From assembly GCA_010093605.1 (NCBI GenBank), contig MU004182.1:2155195-2219194 (forward strand): 64,000 bases of DNA, read 5' to 3'. Source of the stretch: Lophium mytilinum (taxonomy: Eukaryota). The first letter of the stretch is position 1; each line of letters opens with the position of its first letter. Position numbers and translations under genes: made by a program. Under the pieces are notes generated by a model. That model was not told the origin of the DNA and searched no databases. It was given only the letters and a program-made list of their open reading frames with translations. This document shows, in pieces, positions 12,606-25,335 of this stretch.

Positions 12606-14408
12606 ATGCCACCGATCCGTCTCACCCTCGCCCTCAACGCCTCCCAAACCAAACGCACCCCCTTGATCCTATCCTCCAGCGCCCCGCGCGACCCAGCCCT
12701 CCCAAACTCCTGCCAGGAGCTCCTCTTCAAAGCCGCGAAAGACAAGCTCCGCCTAAAAGGCAAGAGTTCAAAATGGCGCATCTTCGTCGCCAGAAACGGG
12801 CTCGAAGTGCTCGGAAAAGAGGGGTGGGAGAGCGCCTTAGCTGAAGCAGAAACTAAAGAGATCGTGCTGCTCATTAGCGCGGGCGAGGATTATGTTGGCA
12901 AAACGGCTTCGTCGTCATGTACGCTTTTATCACGCGTCTCCAGTTGCTATTCGCGATGAGATTTGAGGGGTGATGCTGATTTTAATGTAGCTTCAGCTCC
13001 GAAAGGCAACCCCGATTGTTCTGTTGAGATATTAGCGAAGGCTGCTTTCGTTGACTCCATCTCCCTCGATCAGCTTAATACTACCGCTCGCTCGCTTCCG
13101 GGTCTTGTTCATGCTGTCGGGCAGCCGGACCTCCACCCGGGGACCAAGTTCCCTATTGGCGCTGTCTTCGTGTCGCGGGGCTGGGTACACCCACCGCTCA
13201 TAGGTGGGGATATCGGTTGTGGCATGGCATGGTACCGGACGCGGCTACAACGGCACCAGGTCGAAGGCGATCGCGGGAGAAAGGTTGCGGAGCGGCTGAG
13301 AGGATTAGAGGGAGCGTGGCGTAAGAAAGAACAACGGGAGGCATGGCTGAACTGGGAGAAAGAGAGCACGGCCGGAGAAGAGTGGGATAAAGCACTAGGC
13401 ACCATCGGAGCCGGGAACCACTTTGCAGAAATACAGGTCGTGGAGGAGTGCGCAGCATCAGAAAGTCTAGAAGAAGGAGAGGTTATACTGCTGGTGCATT
13501 CCGGATCTCGAGGTTACGGCGGCCACGTCCTCAAGACTTTCACCGGCGACGGCGACAGTTTGGAGGAGGGCACGGAGAAGATGGAGGAGTATATGCAGAT
13601 GCATGATCGGGCGTGCCGGTGGGCGAAGGCGAATAGGGATCTTATCGCGCTCCGTTTCCTCGCGTGCCTGGAGCCCGGCGAGGAATCGTGGGTACTCGGG
13701 CGGAATGAGAGCGACACCGTTGAGGCAGACGACGTCACAGCTGCCAGAGCGAATATCCAGGAGCGTAAGGTGGTAGATATCTGGCACAACAACGTCGAGA
13801 GAATCCAATGGCCACCTAGCCCACCCAGATCAGAAGCAGAGGCAACTCTCGAATCGCAAACCTCATCACTATCACTCTCCTCTCCAGGGCCACCTTCGAC
13901 CGCTGACTACGCATATACACACCGTAAAGGTGCTGCACCGACTTACAATATCGCAACCCACAGCCCTCTGTCAGTTCTCCCTCTCCCGGGCTCTCGTGCT
14001 ACACCAACCCTCATCCTCCGCCCACTCTTCACACCTGATAATTCCTGGGGCGCCAAGAACGCTCTCTCGCTCGCCCACGGCGCTGGTCGGGCTATGTCAC
14101 GTCACAAAGCCCTAGTCTCCATGTCCCAAAAGTACAAGAACCCAGAGTTGCTGCTACAGCCATCTGCAACATCAGAGGCGCGTTCAAATAAACCCAGCGG
14201 CGAAGGGCAGTGGGCAGCCGGCAAGGACGTCCACGGCGGCACGTGGGTGGTATGCGAAGACCGGGAATTGGTTTGGGAAGAGGCGCCGGAGGCATATAAG
14301 GATGTTTGGGAGGTTGGGGAAGACTTAGTCGAGAGCGGGGTTGCGGAGATCCTGGGGTGGTGCAGGGCGAAGGTTTGTTACAAGGTGAGGGATGAGGGGA
14401 GATCATGA
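12606..14408 (+). CDS. rtcB: RtcB-family 3'-phosphate/5'-OH RNA ligase (RtcB2 / release-factor-H-coupled type) with N-terminal extra domain
   Basis: Intron 12919-12990 joins ORFs 12606 and 12963 in frame. Motifs PDLHPG..PIG, GGDIGCGM, LGTIGAGNHFAEIQ, LVHSGSRG, DIWHNN, HRKGA, PGSR, SLAHGAGR and EEAPEAYK are all intact. Confidence 0.9.
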
Positions 14409-15856
14409 TGTTTTGAGTGGTCTATATCATTTCGTCTAAAAGCAGTAACTCTTGGCTAAGTAAAAAAAATCCGTCGAGCATAGAGGCCACGTCTTGAATA
14501 GTTTCGAGAGCACTAATCCCATGGTTCCCGAATATCTGCACTAAGACACCTAACAGTATAAAACCGAACTTGTCTGGTCCCTGGAATCGCAACGCCTGGC
14601 TAGAAAGAGCAGAGCGTGGAGCATAGAGGATAGATCTAATACAATTTTGTCTTTAACAACTTGATGCGCCCGTACTCCGTGCCCGTGGCGGGGCCGCCGA
14701 CATGCTTGACAGTGATCGCCGCGTTGCCTTGTTCTGGACGAAGAGTGGGAAGCTCCGACTGTTCCATAGCTAGTATCCTATTGAGCACATCTAACTCATT
14801 TTGCCCCAACGCAGTGTGGAAGGGAGAAAATGGGACCACGGTGGAAGTAAGACGCACAGGGCCGTTCTCCCGGACCTTGTTGAATTCTTCGCGAATGTGC
14901 ATCAGACCCCCAGTCTTATAAGAAAATCAAAAAGGAAAAGGTTCGCAGCGGGGGTCGAACTCAAAAACAAAAACTTCGAAGAAGGCGAGCCACTCGCAGG
15001 CTTACTAGGCTTAAACGGCCACCGCTAGTGGTAACGAGACTTGTCGGATTACCACACGACCATAAGAGCTTTTCAGAGATTGAGTGTTTGGTGCGGACCT
15101 CGCTTGGAAGATGGAATACTGCCAGAATATTCTAGTATATAAGGTCTTAAAACTGGTTTACTCTCACAATTTAAGTTATCACAGGTTATGCCGAGATCTT
15201 GGCTCACTGCATAACGCATAAGTTCCCCATCACACTCTCTTCCCCAGCTTTATCCCTTCAATTGCGCTTCAACTTCTTCACCCTACGAGAAGGGTGCTGA
15301 TACCACGCCCACGTTTCCTGGAGGCCCGAACCACAGTAGACGGCCGCAGACACAGGTCTTTCAGAACATACACCACATTCCCTACTGATCGAGTAAACTA
15401 TGCATTGTTGATACACAAGCTATGTCGCCTCCCCTATCCAGAACCCTCCCACAACCCAGTTCTCTTTTCCTGCGCAACTCCCTGCCTGCCACCAAAATGA
15501 AAAAAAGGGGGAGGAACTGCACGCAGGCATGCCGGTACCCCGCAACCCCCACAAGCACTGAACTATGGAAACGCCAAAACATATGCATGTGAGGCGTAAC
15601 TCTCAGATAAGAAACAGACTAATGTCGAGACCCAACGCCGTTTAATGTCCCGGGAGTCTTCGTCCGGTAAGGGCGTTGAGGTGGTTGTGCAGTGTCGATA
15701 GGCTTGTATAGCGACCGGATCTCAATGGATTAGACTCAACCCTCGAGGTGAGGCAAGGTTCAGCTGCAGGGGTACGTCTAACCTCCTCCATGCTACCCGA
15801 GTGATAGACGTAAAAGCCTGTTCCTGGACTGCAATCAATAGGAATGGGATACGGTT

Positions 15857-18748
15857 TTATGTCGCCATGGATATCCCATTAACCTGCTGCTGCCCCGGAT
15901 ACTGTCCATTGGCCGGCTGCGGCGTCCCCGAGCCCTGCCGATTCACCACCTCCTGCGCCGCGACACGCGCCGCGGGCTGCGCCACCAGCTGCGCGCGATT
16001 CCGGTCCATAATCAGTTGTTGCTGCTCGGCGGTCATGGTGGAGTGGAATCCGCTGGGCCCCAAGTTAGCAGGTGTTACTGGCTGAGGTGTTGCTGGCTGA
16101 GGTGTGGAGTATTGGGCAGGGGGCTGGGATGCTGGTTGACTGAAGTAGCTAGGCCCACCCATTTGTCCGTTACTTGTCGGAGTTCCATAGCCCGGGCGAG
16201 AGCCATTGTATGGACCTGGCGCAGGCCGCGCCGGCTGCTGCCCAGCCTTCAGAGGGGAAGCAGTTCGCACGTGAGGGCTCTGCGATGAAGCGTAATTGTT
16301 GTACATGGGAGCGACGGCCGGTGGTCGCTGTTGATAGGAGTTCTGCATTTGGGCCGGATATCGAGTTTGAGGCTGCGGTTGGGGGGGTTGATAGTACTGT
16401 GAACCGCCCATGCCATAATTGCTGGGCTGCGCAGATCGTTGTTGGTAGTATTGGCTCGAACCGTTCGCTTGGTACGCAGGTCGTGGAGTCTGCTGACCAT
16501 ATGCTTGGGTAGCAGGGTAACTGGGCCGTGGCGTGCTATTGGCGTAGGCGTTTGGCGTTTGATACGACTGAGCAGGCCCATTTGACGATCGCGGGTAGTG
16601 AACGGATGGAGAACGGTGCGGGGCTTGTTGCTGGGGATAATAGGATTGTGGTCCATGAGCAGACCTGGGCGCAGGCGATTGTGGCGGTGGTGGACGCACA
16701 TACTGAGTGCTGGTGGGAGCGTAATGAGAATGCGTCCCCATCGGCCCTGATCCCATTCGAACAATAGGAGGCGGCCCTGCAGCGGCACTCAACGCAGTTG
16801 TTTTCGCTACCCGCGAGACCTGGTCTTCTTCCATTACACCGCGGTAGTCTTTGCTTTCAATCAGGATGTTCCGACTGATGCTCAGCTCTGACAGCTGGTC
16901 GCCATTCAGCTTAGCAACTGCGTATGGAGGCAGACTCGATATCATGAGCGTGAGCTGGGACTTCAACATGTTATACACATCAATCTCGTCACTTCCCGGA
17001 CTGGTTGGACTTCCAACCAAAGACGCAAGCGAGGAGTTCGGTATGACTGGTGTTTGCGGTCTTGTGGCGAGCGACGAATTTCTGATTTGTTGGTGTGATG
17101 CCAAAGTCTCTAGAAGTTCCGAGATCTCCGCTAAGATTTCATCGGTATCTTTATCGAGCTGAGCTTTAGCATGAGCTTCAGCTAAGAAATCGGTTTCGTC
17201 AGGCGTAAAGTTCTCGACGGCGTCTTTGAAGGTCTCGTCCTCGTCGGCCCCGATGCTTGCAGATTCAGTAGCTCCCGAAGAGGCCAAAAGACTCGGGTCT
17301 ATCAGACTAGGATCAATGGCAAAAGTATCCTCGAATCTCTTCTCGCCAACCTTTTGCCACCAGATTCGGTTCCTAGTCTCTTCCGGAATGATAGCAGCTG
17401 CGTCGTCGCGGCATGGTGCAAAGCTGGAATACGCACTCCGAAACAGGGCATCGTCTTTCGCTCGCTCCATGGCTGCAATGATATTCTCAGATGGAGGCTG
17501 TTGGGCTTCCCCTGTACTGAGGGCACGCTGTCGACTCTTTGCCTTTGCATTGGGCGATGCAGGTTCCTTGAGCGGCTCCACGCCGCTATAACCGAGAGAT
17601 TGGCCCGTTGACAGTGGTTGTGTGGAGTACATGGGTATTTTGCGGTTGACTTTGGGCAGCTGATCCTGAGACACGAATCGGATGGTATTACCACGAGTGG
17701 TCAGTTGCTTGGCGGTCTTCGGTGGACTCAATTGCGGTACGTGCGCTGGAGGAGCAAAGAGCTCACCAAAAGTAGGACCAGACTTCTTTGAACTGAGCTG
17801 CTCCACTACGTCCACGGGAAAGATTTTGGTGGTGGATATGATATTGGGAAGCCCTGATTCAGCGAGGGGTAGCGTAACTTTGATGGAGGTGTCTAATGCC
17901 TTGTAAGGAACAGGACTATCGGCGGACTGGACTCGTAGTGGTTGCTGAAGACTGGAGAAGAGCTGCTTAGGGCCTTGGGCGGTTCCATACAGAGTCAGAA
18001 CAGCTCGACTGTCCTGTAGATCTTCGATGGAAGCAGCATCTTTAGCGATGGAAGCTCCATTTGTGCTCGAATCCTGTTCTTCGGCTCCGTTCTCAGTCGG
18101 CGCTTTCGAATCTTTCAGAGCACGGGTCTTCCGTTGATTCTCCCGGACAGTTATATTCTTCAAGACTTTCTGGAAAGCCAAGACTCCAGCACATAGCCTG
18201 GCCTCTTCGGGTGAAGGTGCGTGTCGCTGAACAGCGCCATTCGTAGCGGGTTCTGCAGGCTTGACAGTGGAAATGACATCCGAGGCCGCAATCTCGACAT
18301 CGCTGGCCAAATCCGCTAGGGAGCTGTAGGACCCATCTTGCAGGCGACTTGCGATAGAGGTGGCATTGTCCGATGGCGTTAACTTGGTGCGTTTTACGGA
18401 CGGCTCGCCGGAGGAGGATCTATTCGACGTCGTCCTGAGAGGAAGGTTAAGAATAGACGGCTGGGTATCGTAGCTGTCAGGGTGTTAACATGGCGCACGA
18501 AAGGCCCGCAGGTGAGAAGGGGGATGCACAGGGCGCGTCACGAACCTCTTGAGAATGGCAAAAACATCTTCCAGCGTCTCTTGCAGTCCCTTGTCCAAGC
18601 TATTCGGGGAGCCTTCTTGGTGTTCAGCAGATGCGACGCCGGATTGATTCGTAGCTGCGCTGGTGGACCGTTTTCGCTTTGTCGCTGACGTGGCCGAGGA
18701 AGACGAGTCGAGCGACGGCGGTGTCAAAATGCCGTTACCGGTGGCCAT
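15857..18748 (-). CDS. Conserved nuclear protein, possibly Rsc58/BRD7-like RSC subunit, with Q/P/Y-rich C-terminal tail
   Basis: Exon 1 (MATGNG...KRKRS NLS-like...ILKR) is spliced via ~18474-18545 to the 817-aa ORF. IASRLQDGSYSSLADLASDV is bromodomain-helix-like; AYSSFAPCRDD resembles the SFAPxxD motif of Rsc58/BRD7. Confidence 0.55.
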
Positions 18749-19151
18749 GATGGATACTATTGAGGGGGGTCGAAGCTCTTTCGCGATCGGGCAACGCGCT
18801 TCTGGTCGTCTAGTCGGAACACCACCCGCTCTGGTCCTTCACCAAAAGCCACTCCACTCCCGGCGCAAACGCTGGCAGGGCGTCAGCCAGTCGAGGCGAG
18901 CGGCGGCGCGTGGCGGCGGTGGCAGACGGTGAATAGAGGCCGGAGAGGCGTGCTGTGGACGGGTGAAGGCGATGATGGTTGGCCGTCTTCGGTGGTATTG
19001 GGGGGGTTGATGGGATCGCGAGAAAGCCCTGAGCGACGCGATAGCACGAACGAGGGCTGGGGGGTGGCGCCGCGCACAACAACAGCGTTGTCGCGACCGG
19101 GCGAGATGGGTGAATTGGCAGTTGATAGCACTGGGCAGGCGATGCTGCAAT

Positions 19152-19172
19152 AGAGAAGAGAGAGAGAGAGAG
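19152..19172. repeat. (GA)n microsatellite
   Basis: agagaagagagagagagagag in the divergent intergenic region. Confidence 0.8.
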
Positions 19173-19373
19173 TGGGTGCAGCATTCCAGTCAGTGCAGGG
19201 CGAGATTGGGCGAGAGACATCGCGAGCCTGGCATCTGCCGCGACGCTATGCCCGCCTGGATCTAGCGTGCTCAACTCCCAGCATCTCCTGCGCGTGTCCC
19301 GCGCAACTTCAACTTTTCGCAGCCCTGTCCTGTCCCCTTCACTTCTTGTATATCCTCTTCGCATCATCAATGA

Positions 19374-22300
19374 ATGCCATTGGCGGCGCTCCTGGCAGCT
19401 TCAGGAAAAGCTGGGTGTGCGCACGCCACGCGCCTTCTCACTGCCCGGCATAGATGTTTTTCGCGATTGGTGAGTATTTCTTGCGCCTAAAGAGTGAATC
19501 ACACTGATGCCCCTCTTCCTCAGCTACTAGACCAAGCAGTCAATAAGGCTGCAAAATGGCCGGCTGGCGCACGTATAGCAAGTGGCGCTGGAAAGCGATT
19601 CCTGAGCTATACCTTTCAACCGCATGCGCATCACCCGAAGCCTAATCCACATTCGCACAGGGACCAACCAGACTCTGAAGCAGCCCCAAGCTTAGACAGG
19701 CCATACCAGTCCAGCATTCAGGAAGAATCCTCAACCAATTGGACTCCTGACTCTTCCTATTCTTTGCAGCCCGAGGCGTTTTACCCGTCCTTAAACGCGC
19801 TGAAGCGCTCTCGGCCAAGTCCAAATGGGTACCTCTTGAAAGTCGTGAATCATTACGAACCCAAGCTTTATTTTACTACTCCGAGTCACAAAGTAGACCT
19901 CTCATACAACAATGTTCGGACACTAGTGGACGACTGGAACTTCACTCATCCAGGGTCCACGGAGCGGTCTAGCTCCTCTTCACTGCCTGCTCCGAGGGAT
20001 TACTCTTACAAAGATCATAAAGTGGTGGACGTGCGACAAGAAAAAACATCAGTTGATCTTGACGAACTCAGACTGCAATGGAACAGTCCGGCCGAGATGT
20101 CGCTTCAGTCTATCTTGACTGAGTTCATCTATAAAGTGGGACGAGACGTCGTCCAAGGCCAGGCGTCGCATACATTCTCGGTGGCTGAGACCTTGTTTCT
20201 GCGTTCCAAGGGTTACGATGTTGAGCATGTGCCTGCATGGGCATCCGTTGTCCTGAACAGGAACCCAGATGCAGCAGCTGAATATTTCGTGTCAGAAGCC
20301 ACTCTGCCACTTTTCCTGATACTCTTTTTCCTCAGACGGCGTAACGTATCCGTGGACGCCCTTGCTATGACAATGACCCGTTTACGAAGTCACGATCTGA
20401 GAAGCAAATCTATGGACCCCAAGTCGGTAGACCGACTGGTAGATCCACTTTCTTTTAGCATTGTTCTTATTCGACTGGTCAGGCACGCACGAAAAAAGTC
20501 ACCTGTCGATCTGCCCGCAATAGCAAGTCTTTTGACTGTACAAATGAAGAAGGTCACGGGAGACTTCCCCAAACCAGGAGAGGAAATGTCTAATTTCGTA
20601 TTCTTCTGCAATCGTTTCTTAACGCTGCTTTCTGCCCCAGCATCGAATGAACCGTATATATCCAGCAGATTCCAAGAGACTGCCCAATTTCTAGTCCTTC
20701 AAGCCATGTCGGTCCACGAACCTCCAATCCCAGTCACCCAAGAAGGATACAGAGCGCTTGCCAGAGTCCAGCTTGCTCACGCAAAGACCGAAAAGGAGCG
20801 GGAATGGGCACTACTTAAATCAAAGGCGTGGCCACCCTGGAAGGAAAATCGGACCGCAATGGATGAAGACACAGGAATAGAGGCTGGCATATCGAGAGCA
20901 GGCCTTATCATGCAGCAGATGTACGCTGCTGGTTATCCGCCACTCCCCTGGGAAGAAAACGCTACTATATCTGCTGGGTGGGATACAGACGGGAGCCCTA
21001 CTATTCAGGACCGAGATAATGTGGCGAACGTTCCCCTCCGCATTCGAGATGGGGAAGAGCCAACGCACATAGTGCGCAGATACGAGATTGCCCAATGGGC
21101 TGCAAGAGTGCGCGCCACAAGGACCATACGCGAAGCTTGGGCATGCTTTCTCGCCTACGAGCACACAACCTTACCGCCGCATCAAAACGTCTATCTCGCT
21201 ATGTTCACGAAATTACAGTATCGAGAACCTCTCAAAGCAAGACATACATCGGGTCAAACGCAATTGTCATCATTAGAAAACGAAATATTTCCAGGCGATG
21301 GGAAAGGAGTCTTCCCAGAACCTACCTCGACTCACGAAATCGCGTATATTTCGGAGCCTGTTCCATCATTTGAAGCACTCCTGAACCGCATGACGTCTAG
21401 AAAAGTCAAAGTATCCAATAGGTTCTTAGCCTCTCTCGTTGAAGGAGCCCCATCCCAGCATTTGGGATTGCTAATACTAAAGACGTTCGAATTTGCATAT
21501 AGAGGTGCGATTCAGCGACTTCTCGATGGGTCTGTTGAGAGAGAAGCAGACATTGAGGACATCCCAGAGTACTTGCTTGTGGAGATTCTGGAATTTTTCT
21601 GCCGGGTTAGATTCGTCCCTCGTTACCCACAGCGACTTGCGATTGGCGCCTTCGGCAACAATCGGTCTCTAAACTATGTCTACCAGATCGTCGCTAGCTG
21701 TCAGCCGGGTTACAGACCATTCTGGTCCAATTTGCTGCGCTGGATCAACGTCGATAGCAGATGGCCCAAGCATCGGACCGTTGAATCTCAGAACCACAGA
21801 TGGCGGGTGATGAGTCGAATGATAGAGCTCCACCCCGCCCTCGTCCGAGAGCCTGACGAGCAGAGCTTCAAACTAGTTTGCGAACGCGCTGGGCGAACGG
21901 CAATGGCTCACTGCGCCTCCGCCACGCCGGCGAAGTCTAGGCCAGAGCTGTTCGCCGAGTTCTCCCAGCGCATCCGAGCACTATTTCAAGCGATGACCAG
22001 ATTTCAACCCAAAATGACCAGGCCGAGCCAACCTGATAGAAAGCACCGGATGATGGCAACAGTCCCGGGCCCGACTACTCTACATTTATACATCCGCACG
22101 CTAGGTATTGTAAGCGACTTCGAGGGACTATGCTCTTGCGCATCATGGACGGGCCACTGGCACCCTATACTTCTCGCAAGGGCTGATACGCAAGTCAAGG
22201 GTCGAAGAAGACTGCGCGAGGCGGTCGTCGCGTTGCGGGTCTTTCTGGAACGTAGCTGGGTGGCAGCGGAGGATGATAGACTGCGGGTACAAGCGTCTAC

Positions 22301-22427
22301 AGAGCTAATTGAGCGTGCGAGACGCAGTTTGGAGGCATCGCCAGATGTTGGCGGCTGGCCAACGGATGAGGAAGTTCGTGAGTATGTTCTGCAGAGCCCT
22401 GCCGATCAGTTGCGTGGGGTCTACTAG
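19374..22427 (+). CDS. Large conserved helical protein, probably mitochondrial (possibly PPR-like)
   Basis: Upstream exon MPLAALLAASGKAGCAHATRLLTARHRCFSRL (ATG 19374, presequence-like) plus intron 19470-19523 (GTGAGT...CAG) joins the 977-aa ORF in phase 0. Conserved-looking block WPPWKE...AGWDTDGSPTIQ. Confidence 0.65.
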
Positions 22428-23030
22428 AAAGGATTTGGAATGTCGGATGTACGCTTTTCTAACGTTAGCTATTCCATGTATAAAACGTGTATAGCACATA
22501 GTAAACTAATAATGTACTGAGACCTGGCTGCCATTCAATCGCTCTGGGTGCCTGGGTGCATGTGTTTGTGCCGAGGAACTGCTGTCTGCACTCATTCACT
22601 ACGACTCGCAGTAGTCCGAACCACGATCAGATTTTCGCACTGAATAACACTGCTCTGACAGCAGCCAGCAAGCAGTTGCTCAGCTAGGTCGTCAAAGACC
22701 CGACGCTTTCCCTGCATATTATGACGTAGGCGGCCGGGAACAAAGTCGGTCTTCTGGGAGCCAACCACCAACCACCACCAAGCAGCAACAGACAGCCTCA
22801 TCCTCCTCCTCCTGCACTAGCAACTGCGCCGGTACTACAAAGCCAGTCTCGGATTGCTTCTTCGTTTGCGTCGTCAATCCTTCCTGTCACACTGCCTACA
22901 TTCTTGACACGGAAAACACCCCACTCGACGTCACTCCCTCTCAATACTCAATACGAGTGTCCGCGAGCTCCTCCTCCACCGCTCTTCTTCCTCAAAGACG
23001 AACAATCAACACCATTCCAAGCTGCCCATC

Positions 23031-24020
23031 ATGTCGAACGCCCCGACTTTGATCAATCTCCCCCCGCCTCCCTCGGACCCTGTTACTCCCTCGGACATGC
23101 CGTAAGTTGCACTACACGCACGCATCCGCGAGACATGGCTGCGACGGGAATCTACATGACTGCTCACACTGCTTAGGGGCACTCCCAACTCCACCACAAC
23201 CTCCATGTCTGAGCTCTCGACCGTCGCAATCAAAGACGGCCACCGCGGCCACTTCGCTCACCACCATCACCCCCAGGACGCTGAGCGCGCCGACCGCATC
23301 TCACGCCTCGCCGGCCTCGAGCGTGTGACCGCAGGCCGCCAACCTGGACCCAACCTCGGGGGCATGCAGAACACCAGCAACCAGCCTCCCGGCTACTTCG
23401 ACCAGAACAACCAGCCCCAAATCTTCCGCGAGCGGAGCACAGTGGGTAGCGCAAGCGCGACTGGCAGTGTTGGAGGCCGCACCACATGGGCGTCCGGCAG
23501 CGACGTCTACGACCAGGACAAGATGAGCATGAGCGAGGACCAGGACAATGAGACGGGCAGCGTAGGTGGTATGAGCGACGAGGCCAGCCTGGTTGGCTTT
23601 GGAGAGGGTGCCAGGACGCCGGCCAGACAGCAGAGCAACTTTGGCAGCCCGGTCATTGGCAAGGCTACTGCGGTTCCTGCACATCTGCGCGACCAGGCTC
23701 CCCCGAGCCCGATGACCGGCATCAGTATCAGCAGCGCGGGGACCTCGCACACGACACCGAGCACTGAGGCGCAGAGGCAGGACGCGAGGATGATTGATGG
23801 GATGACGTACGACAACGACTTTGTCGACACGACCGGCCGCACTCCACCACAGACAGGGAATTACCCTGAGAACACGGCTTCTGGTCGCAGCCCGACAGGC
23901 GCTGAGACTGCACAGCGTCTCTTCAGCGAGCACATTGGCAACACTGGAGGTCGGAGCCAGGAGGCGCTGAGCGTAGACGACAAAGGCCTTGGAAAGTTCC
24001 CTTTCGAGGGAAAGAAGTAG
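23031..24020 (+). CDS. Conserved disordered fungal protein, RfeF-like putative regulator
   Basis: Exon 1 MSNAPTLINLPPPPSDPVTPSDMP, intron 23102-23176 (GTAAGT...TAG), then GTPNSTTTSMSELSTVAIKDGHRG...RADRISRLAGLERV. Family assignment is from memory of the N-terminal motif. Confidence 0.6.
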
Positions 24021-25335
24021 TCACTGTTGCGTCACTTCTACTGTTCAACTTTATGTTTACTATGTTTGTCCCAGGCGTTCGATATGGTGGTACTCCAAAC
24101 CCGAGAACGGGAAGTGGCTACCTAAACCTTGCAACCTATGCCTCAGCTGGATAGAATTACGGCTTTGGGGTTGCTGAGTATTTATGGATGCTATTGTGCT
24201 TATTGGGTCTAGCTGGTCTGGTCTACTTTATCATGGGGTACTGATAGGAATGATAACATGCAATATACTTATGGGTGGGTTTTGTGAGTTTGGGGAATGG
24301 TGTCCTACGATACAGTACTTTGCCACACGTCTGGGCACACTCACTTAGCGCCGTTTGAGGTGGCTCAGCACATTGAAACGTTTCCGATATACCCAAGGCC
24401 CTGAGAACCTAAATCAGAGAGGTTTCACGCGCTTCCAACCAGCCTACTCGCCCATTGAGGTACTCCAGCACACCATCATACCCTTGGAAGAGCGCAAAAG
24501 CCGACGTGTCCAAAACTGTCTTCTAGTACTGTATCACTTCAAAGAAGAGAAGACGCACACAACCTTCAATTCTTTATTTGTAGCATGTCTGACATCTCAA
24601 TATGAAACCAAAGAGACATTACCACACTATCTCCAGCGCTTCCAAACCCAATTAGCCTTCACCCCACAAGCACGCCACTCCACAAAAATGATACCGCCCA
24701 ATCGCCCTCCACGACCCCGCAATGGGGCGCAACAGTGTGGTGGGTTAAACAAGAGCACAAAGAAGCGGCCAAGGCCGTGGCTGGATCTCGACGAGGTTGA
24801 ACCCACCAACCCTTTAAAAGACGCAAGGGGTGGGTATTGCGGACCTGGATTTGAGTACCAACTATTGATCGGAAAGCATCAATGCTTGGTCTTCTAAGTA
24901 ATACTTTACTGCGCGGTGTTCGTTGAGCTTCTTCTTACCTTTCTTGGGCCATTTTTTGTTGGAGCCCACGTGGTCGAGAATTGTTGATATGCCAATTGTG
25001 GTCACCTGAACTTCTGCAAGCTTCAAACACATTCGTCATTAGCTACAGAAGAGATACGATTTAATTGAGGTGGATGCGTGTTCATGCGAGTGGGCGCACC
25101 TACTATGCGGGGACCTTTCGTTCGCCCTCTCGAATAGGCGGCTGATATACGCCTCGCAGAACTTGTCGATCACTAGAACGACTTCACGGTTCGTTGACAG
25201 AGGCTTGAATTGCATATGAAACACGGATCGTCGACTTATAATTTGAAGACGTACAGTACCTTTCAGTCAGACATTTTCATTCTCCATACTCCCTGAGTCT
25301 GCAAAGCCTTTACGAACTCCTCCCTTTCCACCACC

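Noticed and set aside
14636..14902. 88-aa ORF downstream of rtcB as a possible PrfH partner
   Set aside because: No SGxGGQ release-factor motif; no family recognised.
24355..24897. 180-aa ORF
   Set aside because: Non-ATG start and no recognisable motifs; probably spurious or a decayed gene.
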